Assembly (NCBI GenBank): GCA_016906335.1
Contig: JADEYG010000007.1
Span: 1,984,001-2,048,000, forward strand
Direction: 5' to 3'
Source of the DNA: Novakomyces olei
Lineage: Eukaryota
DNA length: 64,000 nucleotides
Shown here: one piece after another, positions 23,385 to 35,555 of the stretch
Numbering within the stretch: the first letter of the stretch is position 1
Layout of the letters: every line of letters starts with the position of its first letter
The notes under the pieces: model-generated
Databases searched by the model: none
Seen by the model: the letters and a program-made list of their open reading frames with translations, nothing else
What the model was told of the DNA's origin: nothing
Program-made: the position numbers and the translations under genes

Positions 23385-26011
23385 ATGAGACTCTGTTTAG
23401 TGGGTAAGAAGCGACTTGGCTCCTTCTTTAATTGACACAGTAATAGCAGCATGTTTCTGTGTGGCACTGGCACTCGAGCCACAGGGCTCCTCTGTGCGCG
23501 ATGGTAATTGGCACACTCGTCTGTCCAGGCAGCGCGCTAACAATCTCTCTAGATCCCGTGTGGAAGTACGATCGTGCCAGCCATTTACTCGCTCAAGTCT
23601 CACGCTACGAGCGGCTTCAGGCGGGCGGAGAGGCAGACGATTACGCGGGCAGTGACGTACGGCAGCCGCAAGACGATCATCTGCTTTGGAGGCTGCTGCA
23701 TCATTTCCAGGACGGCCAAGCAAGCTGGGCAGAGGGGCCAGAGGAGGCAGAGGCCGTCAATCGTGAGCCTCTTTTACTGAGCCACGATGCGGCACGGTAC
23801 ACGGACGAGGCGCTGCGGCTGCTGAAGGAGTCGTCTCTTGCTGGTAACGATAATGCCACGTTCAAGTACGCAGAGATTCTGTACCACGGCCACTTCCGGG
23901 TCGCAAGGCAGTCCGGTGCTTCTCGTGCTTATTACCAGCAGCTGGCTGATCGGGGAAACGCGACTGCTCAGTACATGATTGGGTTCATGTCCTCTGTCGG
24001 AGTCGGATCTCCACAGAACGAGAGAGATTCGTACCTGTACCACTATTTCGCTGCCTCTGGAGGGGATATGCGGTCGCAGATAGCATTGGGCTATCGGCAT
24101 TTTATGGGTATCGGCGTCCGGCAGTCGTGCGAACAGGCAGTCGGCTACTATAGATCAGCGGCGGCACAGGTCTTGGAGAGGATCCAGGAATTTCCGTACC
24201 TCAGCCACCAATTAAACCGGGAGGCATACTACCTCGCCAAGGACGATGGAGGGCTCTACGGAGACGGAGCAAGACCTTCAAGGTCTAATTTCGATAGCAT
24301 GCTTGACTTTAATATGCTCATGGCCCGCACCGGACACTTGTCGGCCCAGTTTGATGTAGCCCTGTTTTTCTACAATGGGGGGGCCGATCACGCCAGGAAT
24401 CTGCCCGTTGCGTTCAAGTTTTTCAAGTCTATCGCAGAGCAGCTGTGGGGAGCGGAGCAAGTCAATCCGATTTCCGCGGATGTGCAGGACACTCTTTCTC
24501 TCACTTCCCTCCGTAATACGATGGGATCCCGTAAATCTGGGGAGCAGAAAAAATCTGTAGACTACGCTATCGGCGGCAGCTCTGCCGGCATGCTTGGTAT
24601 AATGTATCTGCAGGGGGAGGGTGTTGCACAATCCTATGACCACGCACTCTACTGGTTCCAACGCGGTTGCTCTGTGGGTGACAGCCTCTCACAGTTTGGT
24701 ATCGGACTCATGTACCTGCACGGATTGGGACTGCGTGAAAGCAATACCTCTGCCGAGGTGTTCTTTGAGGCCAGTGCCCTTCAAGACCGGCAAGAAGCTC
24801 TTGTTGTTCTGGGAAAACTGCACTTGGCTCGTGGAGACGTGGGGAAGGCTGTAAAATTGTTTGAAAGAGCAGTTTACATGCACCTGGTAACAGGCAAAAA
24901 GGGCAGTTTTGAGGCTTACTATTACCTGGGCGAATTATCAAGGCTCGGGCTTGGACGCAGACGCGATTGTGCGGCTGCTGTTCACCTCTTCAAGACTATG
25001 GTTGAGCAAGTTGATGGCAGCCTCTTGCATTGGCCCTTGGCCAATACATTTAAAAGTGCCAACAAGGCTTACAAGGCCGATGATATAGAAGGAGCTCTGC
25101 TCTATTTTTTGGAAGCCGCTGAGCAGGGCAATGAAATTGCTCAACAAAATGTTGCGTACCTGCTGGATCCCGATTATTCAATGATACCCGAATCCCTGTT
25201 GGATATGGTCTTTGGATCACTGCCTGTAGACGTAAAACACAGTGCAAATGAACTGGCTTTTCTGTTTTATTCGCGATCAGCAAAACAACAAAATATCGAA
25301 TCAATTCTCAAGATGGGCGATTACCATCTCAAAGGCATTGGGACTACTGCCGCCAGTCCTGATACTCAGCAGGCTTACGAGTGGTACAATTATGCTGCCA
25401 TGCACTCGGCCCAGGGCCTTTACAATTTAGGCTGGATGCATGAGCATGGAATAGGCGCAACGAGAGACTTTCATTTGGCTAAAAGGTACTATGACGCTGC
25501 CCTGGAAAAGGATGCAAAAGCCAGCCTGCCCGTCACTCTGGCCGTGTTCAAGTTAAGATTTAAATGTTTTATTGCCCGCGTCATTATGGGCAAACGGCAG
25601 CCTGATTGCGTCTTTGATTCTGGCGATATCAATAATGCTGCTCCCGACTCCGTACCTTCCTCCGTGATCGCTACCCTGGCTAAAATGATGAGGAGGCAGT
25701 GGTCTTTTGACAGAGAAGGCTTGCAATCCGAACCACCAACCACGAATGGAGAAGGGCAGTTTAATGAGTTTGATCGGGGTCGAGAGCAGCAGCAGCAGCA
25801 AGACCTGCTGGATGCTGAAGTATTTGAGCAAATTGCTCTTGTCGGCCTCGCCATTTTTTTGCTTTTGCTTGTCTACGTGCGGCATTTGCGCATGTTGAGG
25901 AGAAGAAGCCAGCGGCAACGAAATGGAGGAGGTAATAGTGCTGTGGGTGGGAACGGAAATGCTGTGCAAGATCCTCGTCCGGGGCCTGAAGGACCAGGGT
26001 TTGTCTTGTAA
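23385..26011 (+). CDS. HRD3: ERAD Sel1-repeat membrane protein Hrd3/SEL1L
   Basis: Spliced signal peptide MRLCLVVIAACFCVALA (two short 5' introns); many SEL1 repeats (ALGYRHFMGIGV..SCE.A, AQQNVAYLLD, KMGDY, RDFHLAKRYYD); C-terminal TM helix. Confidence 0.9.
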
Positions 26012-26581
26012 GGCATTGTCGTGTAGTGAGAAGCATAAGTAGTCAGGAGCATTAGAATAAGGAATATGATTAATGACGAGTTGTAACAAGGGCTGTTCAT
26101 TGAATAATTCATATATTCAAAAATGAATAAATATAGAATTATACTTGTCGATAATTAAGCAAGTCTGACTAGATTACTGGGCTACCTTTCCAAGAGTATT
26201 TTTGGTAAAGTGCGACATACAAAGTGCAGTTGAGCGTTTTTCGAGTCACAATGTCTCTGTTATGGTACGTTGGCCATCAACGCTTTAACCTATAACGAGA
26301 TTGTCATCTTTAGGTTAATTGCATAACAAAAAGCTTTGTTGCCTTGTACGTTTCGTATACAAATCGATCACTGTTCAATAGCGATACAAGGCGAATTAAA
26401 AGTCCCAACTGGATTTCACATGTAGAAAGACTGTCAGATACTTTTGTGCCTCGTTTTGTTCAGATCTTTGCATCAAGATCAAGCCTTGCAGCACGTCTGA
26501 AAATCTGTTAAATAAATCCTGTAAAAATAGAAACAAATTTTTTACACAGATACATACAAAGCCGGTACAAATGTTGATGGA

Positions 26582-27112
26582 TCACCGAGGAGAGAGGAAA
26601 GAGCCGAGATCTAAATTCGCAAGAGGCGAAGACGAAGCCGTCTCGCGCTCACGCTGTAATCGAGCTTGAAGACCCAAGTTCCGTAACCGTTTTCGATCTC
26701 TAGCTTTTGCCGCCAAGGATTTATTGCCGGTTTCTTGGACTTGATTTGCAAATTGCACTCCCTCTTTACTCGGACTCATACGCTTTTGCTCAGAGGCAGC
26801 TCGAGCACGATTTAATAGCAGGACACTGTGAGGCTTTGCCGGTGCTGGAGACTCTGCAGTCCGGCCGCAAATAGCACAAGTAATGCTTATTTTTTGTTGC
26901 CGGTCTTTTCGACGTCGAGCACGTTCAGTGGTTCGAAAAGCCCCGCAATCAGGACAGGCAATCCGCCATGTTTGCTCATCAATTTTTTCGCCTAGAGCCG
27001 TTGCAGCATCGCAGTACTGTAGAAAAAGATCAGGTGCTGGTTGCGCACCTTCACGGTAGCATAGAAGCGAAGCCTCTGCCAGAAATTGGAGTCTTCGTGA
27101 GGCTCCTTCCAT
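26582..27112 (-). CDS. RNase P/MRP zinc-binding subunit (Rpr2/Rpp21/Snm1 family)
   Basis: N-terminal RLQFLAEAS, two CxxC pairs (CPDCG, CAICG) and a basic C-terminus ending LDLGSFL. Confidence 0.75.
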   Translation of the reverse strand: MEGASRRLQFLAEASLLCYREGAQPAPDLFLQYCDAATALGEKIDEQTWRIACPDCGAFRTTERARRRKDRQQKISITCAICGRTAESPAPAKPHSVLLLNRARAASEQKRMSPSKEGVQFANQVQETGNKSLAAKARDRKRLRNLGLQARLQRERETASSSPLANLDLGSFLSPR

Positions 27113-27191
27113 TCGCTAAAGCTGCGTGTGTTTTGCCACTCTTCAGTCAAAAGTCGGCATTTTGTGTCGGTAAATATATTTAATTAAATAA

Positions 27192-27346
27192 TTATTCATT
27201 TATTCATTTATTCATTTATTCATTTATTCATTTATTCATTTATTCATTTATTCATTTATTCATTTATTCATTTATTCATTTATTCATTTATTCATTTATT
27301 CATTTATTCATTTATTCATTTATTCATTTATTCATTTATTCATTTA
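27192..27346. repeat. (TTATTCAT)n 8-bp tandem repeat
   Basis: About 19 perfect copies in a divergent intergenic region. Confidence 0.97.
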
Positions 27347-27513
27347 CTCCATATATATGCATTTTTATTCAAATTATAATTTATCATTAATATTTTTATT
27401 TGTTTTTGTTTTTGTTTTTGTTTTTGTCAATATTCATCTCATTTCAATCCATTCCAATTGCTCAGCAACGTTGATTGAATCCTTCGCGTCAACACTCATG
27501 ACGAATTAGGAGC

Positions 27514-28107
27514 ATGTCGAACGGCGAGGTGCCAGTAGAAGGCCCAGTCGTATTTTCATGCCAATGTGGACGCATTATTGGCGATTCTTGGAATGGATCG
27601 TTACGCACAATGCACAAAGAACTAAATGCGTTCACACTTTCTGTTGTAGCAGATCAGGCGGTAGAGCTTGAAAATCTGCTGCGAACTCTGCCCGATGGTT
27701 CCAGGTAATGAGGCCGATTTTGTATTACACACAGGAAATTAATTAACCTCAGCTTTAACGCTATACTCTGTGCGGCATGTGGAAAACAGATTGGCAAATA
27801 TTTCCGCACTACGCATCGGCAGTACGATGATACCCGGGACATGTACTCGCTCGAAGCCGACAAGGTCACGCTGTACCAGCTGGGTACGGGAATGGTTAGG
27901 GAAAATGCGCTTCCAGACTCATTTCAAGGTGGTAACGGGGACGAGGAAGTGAGCCGTGTCAAGACTTTCTTGGTGGCTCTGTACGATCGCATACTCGGAT
28001 TGGAGTCCACTATTTCAGCTGCAAGTGAGAATGGGGTTGCAGATCTTAAAGCGCCTCACAAGGAGACTAGAAAGAGCAAAGCAGCTAATATTAATGATGA
28101 TGATTGA
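27514..28107 (+). CDS. mis18: Mis18/OIP5-like Yippee-domain kinetochore protein
   Basis: PVVFSCQCGRIIGDS and (after intron 27705-27751) ILCAACGKQIGKYF..YSLE..KVTLYQLG, followed by a C-terminal helix. Confidence 0.78.
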
Positions 28108-28405
28108 GCGTAGACGGACATAAATAGAAGTAGTCCCCTTAAATTAAGATGATTTTGATATTTTGGGGGAAAAGAACATGTTTTTTCGTAAGCTACGAGG
28201 CAATTACAGCAAAATGCTCTTGAAAAGAACTAGAAGAATGAAGCATTCTAGTCTCCCGTACTAGTATTTGATTAATTGTGTGTATTCCATTATGAATTTA
28301 TAGTTATATTTATATTTATACTTATTTTTATTTTTATTTATTTTCTGTGATTTTCAAATCGGCTTTGTCGGTGTCAGGTTTCGCTCGGGACGGTTCCAGA
28401 ATGTA

Positions 28406-29183
28406 ATGCCTTTAGACGACGGATTTCGTAGTGCGCGACGCAAACGTAACAAGAATCCACGTGGTGATCAAATAAACGAGCACGAAAAATGCCGTCAACG
28501 ATGTGATCAATGCGTAAAGCAGTTGAGCCAAGACGCGTGGGCTTTAAGAACGTCGAGTACGTGAGACTACTGTTCCTTTTGTTTAGGCTTCTAACTTTCA
28601 AGAAACCTTTGATGAGCATTTCAAAGTGTGGAGCGAAACGTGGCTCAAAGATGACCGTGAAGGAATTGAGGTTTGGGTTCTTGGACTGGGTAGTGTGCAA
28701 GAGTCGGTAAAAAGTCGGTACCAGCTGGCTTTATTTCTATTGTTACAAAAGCAATTAGAATCTTGCGCAAATTTGAAAAGTGTGACGGCTTACGATCCGG
28801 TTACGAATGATGTCGATGCTTTTATTTTAGGAGAGTATGGTATTCATGTGGCAAAAGTTCCACCTGAGCTGACTCGGCCTTTATTGCTTTATATGCCTCA
28901 TTGTCCGACGTCACTTTACGAGCAAGTAGCAAGCAAACAGGGCCAGCAGCACATTTTCTTTGTGGGAAATGATCTGGCTATTTACCGTGAGGGTATGCCC
29001 CATACGCAGCTCAAGGCAAAATATCCCAGTATTTCTGCGATTCTAGAGCGTAAGGAAACCCGGATTATTTTTTATTACAAGGCTAATATTTTGTTAGAGG
29101 AAACGCTTTTTCGCACGGCTGCCCTAGACGAATGGCCAGCTCGTGGTGATGTATTTAATCATACTGCCTTGCAGTATTTCTAG
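28406..29183 (+). CDS. SRR1-domain protein (Ber1-like)
   Basis: VLGLGS..SRYQLALF, AYDPV, LLYMPHCP..LYE, GNDL and VFNHTALQ; two introns give an in-frame model. Confidence 0.82.
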
Positions 29184-29476
29184 TCTAGTTGTGTTTGTAG
29201 ACTTGATCCTTTAATGCCGGTTGTTATCAAGGCAAAATTTTGGTTTGCGCTTTGGACAGAATGGAAAAAGCAATCCAATCTGCCTAAAATGAAATAGATG
29301 AATTTCGTCAAAAACAAATAAGATGAATTAATGTTTTGTCTCTGATTGGGACACCTAAAAGTTTAATCTTTTTTGCTCTGTCAATCGATATTCTTCTTTA
29401 TATACAATATTTACATTAATGCGTTGTTAAGAAGCATTGGTATTATGTACATCACCGTGCAAGCTCACCATTCATT

Positions 29477-30697
29477 CTAATATCGATGGCGCCCTTCATC
29501 AGCACGGCTTCTTTCCCGAGAACTATATCCACGGCCATACCGATCCGATTTGTCAGCCCTGTCGCGGTGGTCTTGTCGGTCCCGCCGGTCCGAGTAGCGG
29601 TCACGGTCTATTGGACGGGAATCACGGTTTTCTCTGCGGCGTGAATCTCGATCCTCCCTATGACGTGAATCTCGATCCTCCCTACGACGTGAGCCACGCT
29701 CCTCTCTGTCGCTCTTTGAATATTTGTCTGCGCTGTTTGAATATTCCCTTCTATAATCTTTTCCATGATCCTGTTCATGACTTTGCCCATTCCTACTGTA
29801 AGTCTTTTCTCCAGACTCTCTTCGGCTCTTCTCACTGTTTTCTGTCCTATCTCGTTTCGCATGGTTGATTGCATTCTCCTCACGAACTTCGCCAGTTCGC
29901 TTATTTACCATTACCACTGGGACATACGTCTTGTCGGCGCGCTTTTGCCTCTTTTTGTCCCCTTTACCCCAGGCACCAAGCTCCTGACCCGTCGCCTGCT
30001 GAGGCTTTGCTCCAATACCCAAAAACGCTGGTCGCTGTTCAAATTTCTTGCCATTATTCTGTAGCTCTTCTTCCCGCCAGCCCATTCCTCGAAGAAGAGC
30101 AGCGCCAAACTCTCCAACTGGAATACTTTCATACTGCTCTATTGTAGCCTCGTCCGGCCGCGAGGCTACATCGTGACGAAACGCACGCGTTTCGTCAATT
30201 GCCGCGTCTGTAGCCGTCGGGATAACAAGCCCTCTGTCTTTTGCACCTTTGCCTTGTGCTTCCAATTCTAAAGCTTGTATAGCCACTTGGTCCTCTGTCA
30301 ATTCTACTCGATCAGAGCTTTCGGCTCCAGCTTCTGATGCTTTAGCTGGAGCGCTTTCTTGTTCCTTATCTGATCGAGATATAAATTGCAGTCCCCACTT
30401 TGGTCTCTGCTCTTCTTCCCGCTTTTGCTCTTCTTCTGCGCTGATTACGCGAGCCGATTCGTCCCGGCGACGAGCTTCGCTGCGCCAGTCACGATTTGGC
30501 TGTGATGGAATCACTAATGGAGGCTTCTCCTCGCTGATTTGGCTGAAATCTTTTACTTCTTTACCGTTCTGAGCGTCGTCATCCTCACCTGCTGGCTCAG
30601 ATCCGAACGGCGTATAGACTGGACGCTGAGGCTGCCGCCGACCAGGTCCGAGCGACAAAGACAATGGAGCTCGAACAGGACCCGTGTCTGTGGGCAT
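29477..30697 (-). CDS. SPP2: G-patch splicing factor Spp2/MOS2 family
   Basis: YESIPVGEFGAALLRGMGW...RPAFLGIGAK; RD/RS-rich tail. Confidence 0.88.
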   Translation of the reverse strand: MPTDTGPVRAPLSLSLGPGRRQPQRPVYTPFGSEPAGEDDDAQNGKEVKDFSQISEEKPPLVIPSQPNRDWRSEARRRDESARVISAEEEQKREEEQRPKWGLQFISRSDKEQESAPAKASEAGAESSDRVELTEDQVAIQALELEAQGKGAKDRGLVIPTATDAAIDETRAFRHDVASRPDEATIEQYESIPVGEFGAALLRGMGWREEELQNNGKKFEQRPAFLGIGAKPQQATGQELGAWGKGDKKRQKRADKTYVPVVMVNKRTGEVREENAINHAKRDRTENSEKSRRESGEKTYSRNGQSHEQDHGKDYRREYSNSADKYSKSDREERGSRRREDRDSRHREDRDSRRRENRDSRPIDRDRYSDRRDRQDHRDRADKSDRYGRGYSSRERSRADEGRHRY

Positions 30698-31603
30698 ATT
30701 GCTAAAGGCAGCAGCTCGTAATGATCTCTATGTTTGGCAATATTATACTTTTATTCCAGCTTTATTATTTAGTTAGCTATTGTACTTATTAAAGATTTAT
30801 TTAGTGTAATTATAATTAGTCTGACGTTGATATTATATTATGGCTCCATACGAATATATGAACTACAGCTTCAATAATTTTGTACTCTAATTCATAGTCG
30901 ATAGAGAGCAATTGAGCAATTAGATGTGAGCAGGTTTGCGAAGAAGAGTGTACCTAGCGTCCAAATAGTATTGGCATTCCGTATGGTAACAATTTTGGCA
31001 GGTGGAGTAGCGATTTACAAGGCCCAAAGTAAAAATGCTTTGGCTAAAGTCGTGTGCTATACACTATTGTGTTACTACTGCCCTCAACTAGTGGATCGCT
31101 ACTCTACTCCACCACTGTATCCTAAGTTGTTACGTAAAGCCGCAATAAGAATATATTTACACGGTAGATCGACATGTCGCGATACATTTATTAAATTCCA
31201 AAGAGTGCGATTAATGCGCCATGACAAATGGATCTCATAACAGGAAATAGGTTGAATGATCTGCTTGCGTGATGATAGATGATGATGGATGATGACACTA
31301 TCATTAGTTGCTTTTGACAGCCGTATTAGATAATAATGGCAAACCCATATAACGCTATTATCATCAGTCTTCAGTCATTACTTTAATTCTGACAATATCG
31401 ACTTGTTTGCCATATCGCACGCAATTTTGAACAGGGTTTTCCGGTTTTTCCTCGATAGGTGGAGGGATGCTTGGATATTTTGACATTTAATTAATAAAGA
31501 ATATAATAGACGGCGCGAAGGAAGGTCAACGGCCGTTGCCCTACAGTCCGCAACCACGATTTAAAAGTCGGAAAAAACTGAGAAAAGGAGGAAAATTAGG
31601 GAG

Positions 31604-33873
31604 ATGCCAGAACATTCAACTGCCTTGGATGACGATGCTCTGCAGGCCTACTTCACGCACCCACGGAGCAGCTCTTGGAGCGAAAGCAAGTCAGAAACAA
31701 ACCACAATCTGAATGGTGGAACTCTTGCTGAGAAATTTACACAATCCGATGCTATCGATTCACCAGCCGCAGAGACAGTTGTCGAAGAGCCAAAAACAAA
31801 ACTCTGTTATCGCCATCACGCTCGCTCTCGGTGTTTGAGCGCAGCAAAGACTGACGCCGATGCTATGCGGGATATACAGTCGGTAAGGTTACCATTTAAA
31901 ATTTAAAATGTTTATTCTATTTTGTGTTTTGTATCTGTTTGGAATATTTTTTGGAAATTTTTGGAATAGCTCACTGTTGGGTTGTCGAGGGTTTAGGGTT
32001 TGCTGTGACGAGATTATTGTCTTGTTTCATGTCGAATTTACTGTTTGTCTGTTTCTACTATACCGTTTCTTTTAAAAATGGATTGTTGATTTTGCTCAAA
32101 TTTGTTTTACACAAATGAATACCTTTTTGTGCTCTTTGCCTTTGCTTGTTAAAGCATAATCTAATCGAGCAGAGAATGGCAGGTTTAGCAGAGCACGAGC
32201 AGCGTGCTGTATCACAAATATGGTCGGTATTCAGTGCGGCACCGACTCAGCAACGTATGCTGATGCTAAAGGGCATTTTGTCACAGTGTTGTTTCTCGGA
32301 ACTATCATACTTATCGAACGAGGTGAACCATATGTTGCGCATCGATTTCCTTTACGCACTTCCACCAGAAATTGCCTTTAAAATTTTATTCTATTTGGAC
32401 GCCTCTAGTCTTTGTGCAGCTGCCCAAGTTTCCCGTCGCTGGAAAACTTTGGCGGACGATGACCTTGTATGGCACCGAATGTGCGAACAGCACATTGATC
32501 GAAAATGTACAAAATGCGGATGGGGTCTTCCCCTGTTAGAGCGTAGACGGTTACGAGCTTACCGCAGGAAAATGCAACAGCAGCAACAGAAATCTGATCA
32601 GAAGGCAAATGGCAAAATAATCGATTCTTGCCTATTGCTTGATCAGCCGGTCGGCCCAGCAAACAGGTCTTTCTCGGATCAGCCATCACTGCCTAGCTCT
32701 GGAGGCGAAACGACAGACCAGCCTAAATCAGGTGCACGTAGTTCCACGCTGCAGCCATCTGATGAGACTGATGCAAATGGAAAACGTAAAATGCAAGAGC
32801 GCGAAGACGATGGCTGTGGATCTCTGCCTAATGTTTCTCAAGCTTCAAGAGCCTGGAAAGACGTTTACTCTGAACGTTGTAAGATTGAGAGAAATTGGCG
32901 AAAATTAAACTATGTTAAACGAGAGTACCGTCGTCATACTGCAGCTGTTACCTGCCTTCATATTGAAGACGAGGAGCGATTTGATTCAGGTCATGCTCCT
33001 AATTCTGGTGTTATGGTATCTGGCTCATCAGATGGGACTATCCTTGTCTGGTGTATGCGTACGGGCACAGTAGTACAAACACTCAAAGGCCATACCGCTC
33101 CCGTAAGATGCCTACAGTTTGACGATTGTAAGCTCTTTTCCGGGGACGAAGAAGGTTTTATTCTTGGCTGGGATTACCATACGGGTCAGTGTATTTCCAA
33201 GTTGGAGGCTCATTCAGACGCAGTGACGGCTCTTCAGTTTGATGGCAGTATTCTCATCTCTGGATCCGCTGATAAGACTGTAAAGCTATGGGATTTTGGA
33301 GCGAAAACTTGCTGTGTCCTGCGCGGCCACACAAAGGCGGTGAATACTGTCAAATTTGATGCGTCGGCTAAAGTTGCATACTCAGGATCAGACGATTCAA
33401 CGGTACGGCTGTGGAACACTGAGACCCGTGAGTGTATTGGCACAATTGCAGCTCATGTAGGCCCCGTAGAGTCTATTGTCTTGTTGCCCTCGCGCGATGC
33501 TCCAGAACAGGGGGAGACTGATAAAAAAGATGGGAGAGTGCGATCGAGTGTGGACACAATAGCCACTTCTTCCATGGACTGTACCATAAAATGTTGGGAT
33601 GGAACCATGCAGCACTGCCGTAGGACTCTATTCGGACACATTGAGCCTGTAATTGCTCTGGCTGGTGATTCCTTACACCTTCTCTCTGCTTCCTTGGACC
33701 ATACACTAAAGCTGTGGGACGTTCAGGGCGGAGAATGTAAGCATACGCTCACTATTCCGGCCACCAATGGCACACCGACATCGATTGCTCTGTCAGATAG
33801 ACATATTGTATACGGCGACGAGGACGGACGGCTCTCCTTACTCGATTTTTCTTCCGCCGAACCGAAAAAGTGA
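31604..33873 (+). CDS. MET30: F-box/WD40 sulfur controller (Met30/Scon-2/SconB/Pof1)
   Basis: Exon 1 contains KLCYRH; QIWSVFSAAP..LKGILSQCC, F-box IDFLYALPPEI, CEQHIDRKCTKCGWGLPLL and WD40 repeats. Confidence 0.92.
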
Positions 33874-35555
33874 AACTTTGCTGGTTTTGACGGCAAGAAT
33901 CTACAGATTTCTTTTTTTTTGTAAATATTTATACGTCCCTGGTTGTACATATGTACGGTTCGTATTTAGTCCGCGAGCACAGGAGCGCAAGAGTATCTCC
34001 CTTGTTTGATACATTGTATAGTACATTAATGTTATCAGTTTTTCGTATTGCGTTTGAAATTTCCCATTCGTAATAATCAGTGCTAGGTTATTGGGGGAAT
34101 TCACTTTGCATCAGCATTGGCTGCCAGAGTGAAGAGGTGGATTGCAGTGTTCGCTAATCGAGCGCAGGCGACGATTTTGTGTACGGGTAACGAAGATTAC
34201 CTTGCAAAGTTACATTCTAATATTTATCTACTAAGGAGTTTATTGTAATATAATTCAAAACTCGACAAGAATAATATAATAAAATAATGTTAGTATAAAA
34301 TTTTTATACGATAGAGCCTCGTATCAAGTCCTTATCGCATGCCTTGCGGTGGTAGGTAGTTTTGATGATGCTCCTTCATATTAACTATATAATTAACGAT
34401 ATATAATTAACGATATATGAAAACTATATTAAGAACTAAATAACAAAATATATATGACTATGATTTCCTGGTCTTACTGTTGTCGAAATGCCGACTCTTT
34501 AGTTGTCGATGATAGCCACACCAATTTCAAACGGTGTCTAGTTTTTCAATACAACTAGCTCTACTCATTGTTAGTAAACATTCAAGGCCTTGGCCTTGAG
34601 ACGTGTATAGCCACATATCCTTTTTTCCTTAATCCGAGTCTAAACGCGTCGCAGAAAACGGGGGTACAAACCCTTTTCTCTTTCACGGGGTAGACACCCG
34701 ATAACGTCAGAGAGTTTTCAAATAATTTAAATGTCATATAGCTTAATATTAGCAGCCGTGATTAGTTCTTGTTACTGTGCTCAATAATAAACCTATTGCC
34801 ATTTAACCCTCTATTCCTGCTGAAATCATTTACCCTCCATTTGCCTGTTTACAAACTTGCTATGCTATACGTGGCCAGACCCAGCTTGAGCGCGATGCTA
34901 GCCTATATTGGCCTCTGAAACGCACGACATTGCTGCAAAAATTCAGAAAATTCCTTCTCCCTGATCGAAGATGCCCCTTGTGCGCGTGGATTCGGCCAAA
35001 AGTTTACCAATTTGTCCTAACATTTTATTCATTCTAGCCTTCAAGAGTAAAATAATCTAGCCAGTAGCAAAATGTTAATACAAATTTCTCTCCGACACCA
35101 ATAATACTTGATTATACTCGTCATTTTTTCCAAGTAATCATTCCAGCTAACCCCCCAAAATGCATATCCGAATTTCTGACGTGTACCGAAAACTCGGTTA
35201 GAGCTACATGGCTCGATACGATTACCATATTGGGCCAGTGCGCGTCTCTATAATCACAAAACGGTGATAATAGCACAAATTAATTTATTCGCGATTAGCG
35301 CGTCTGTCAATAGAGTGAAAGCGAATTAGATATATAAATTCAGAGCTGGCCATGCAAAAGATGTCCTCGTTTTTGAGAGAAAGTAAAGATCTCAAACTTG
35401 CTGGGCTTTGAGAGTAACGGGTTTGCAGAACAAACCAGTTCGCCTTCATTAAATATCACATTTACCGAGTTCAAAGTCGCGGCAGTATACGCTTTTAAGC
35501 AAGTCTTAACTTTCTATACCCATTTGGCTCTGGAAATTTCTGATTATTTTTCACT

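Noticed and set aside
8775-30697. CWC25 and SPP2 as a splicing gene cluster
   Set aside because: They are 20 kb apart with unrelated genes between them, as expected by chance in a compact genome.
30926-31240. 104-aa ORF upstream of MET30
   Set aside because: Non-ATG start, no motifs and no supporting splice pattern.
31269-31392. RTGATGA...CTGA resembling a C/D snoRNA
   Set aside because: The C-box matches come from a degenerate (GAT)n run; no internal C'/D' pair or guide was recognised.
34103-34214. 8-bp inverted repeat ACTTTGCA/TGCAAAGT followed by ACA (H/ACA-like)
   Set aside because: No H box, the spacing is too long for one H/ACA hairpin, and an 8-bp match can arise by chance.
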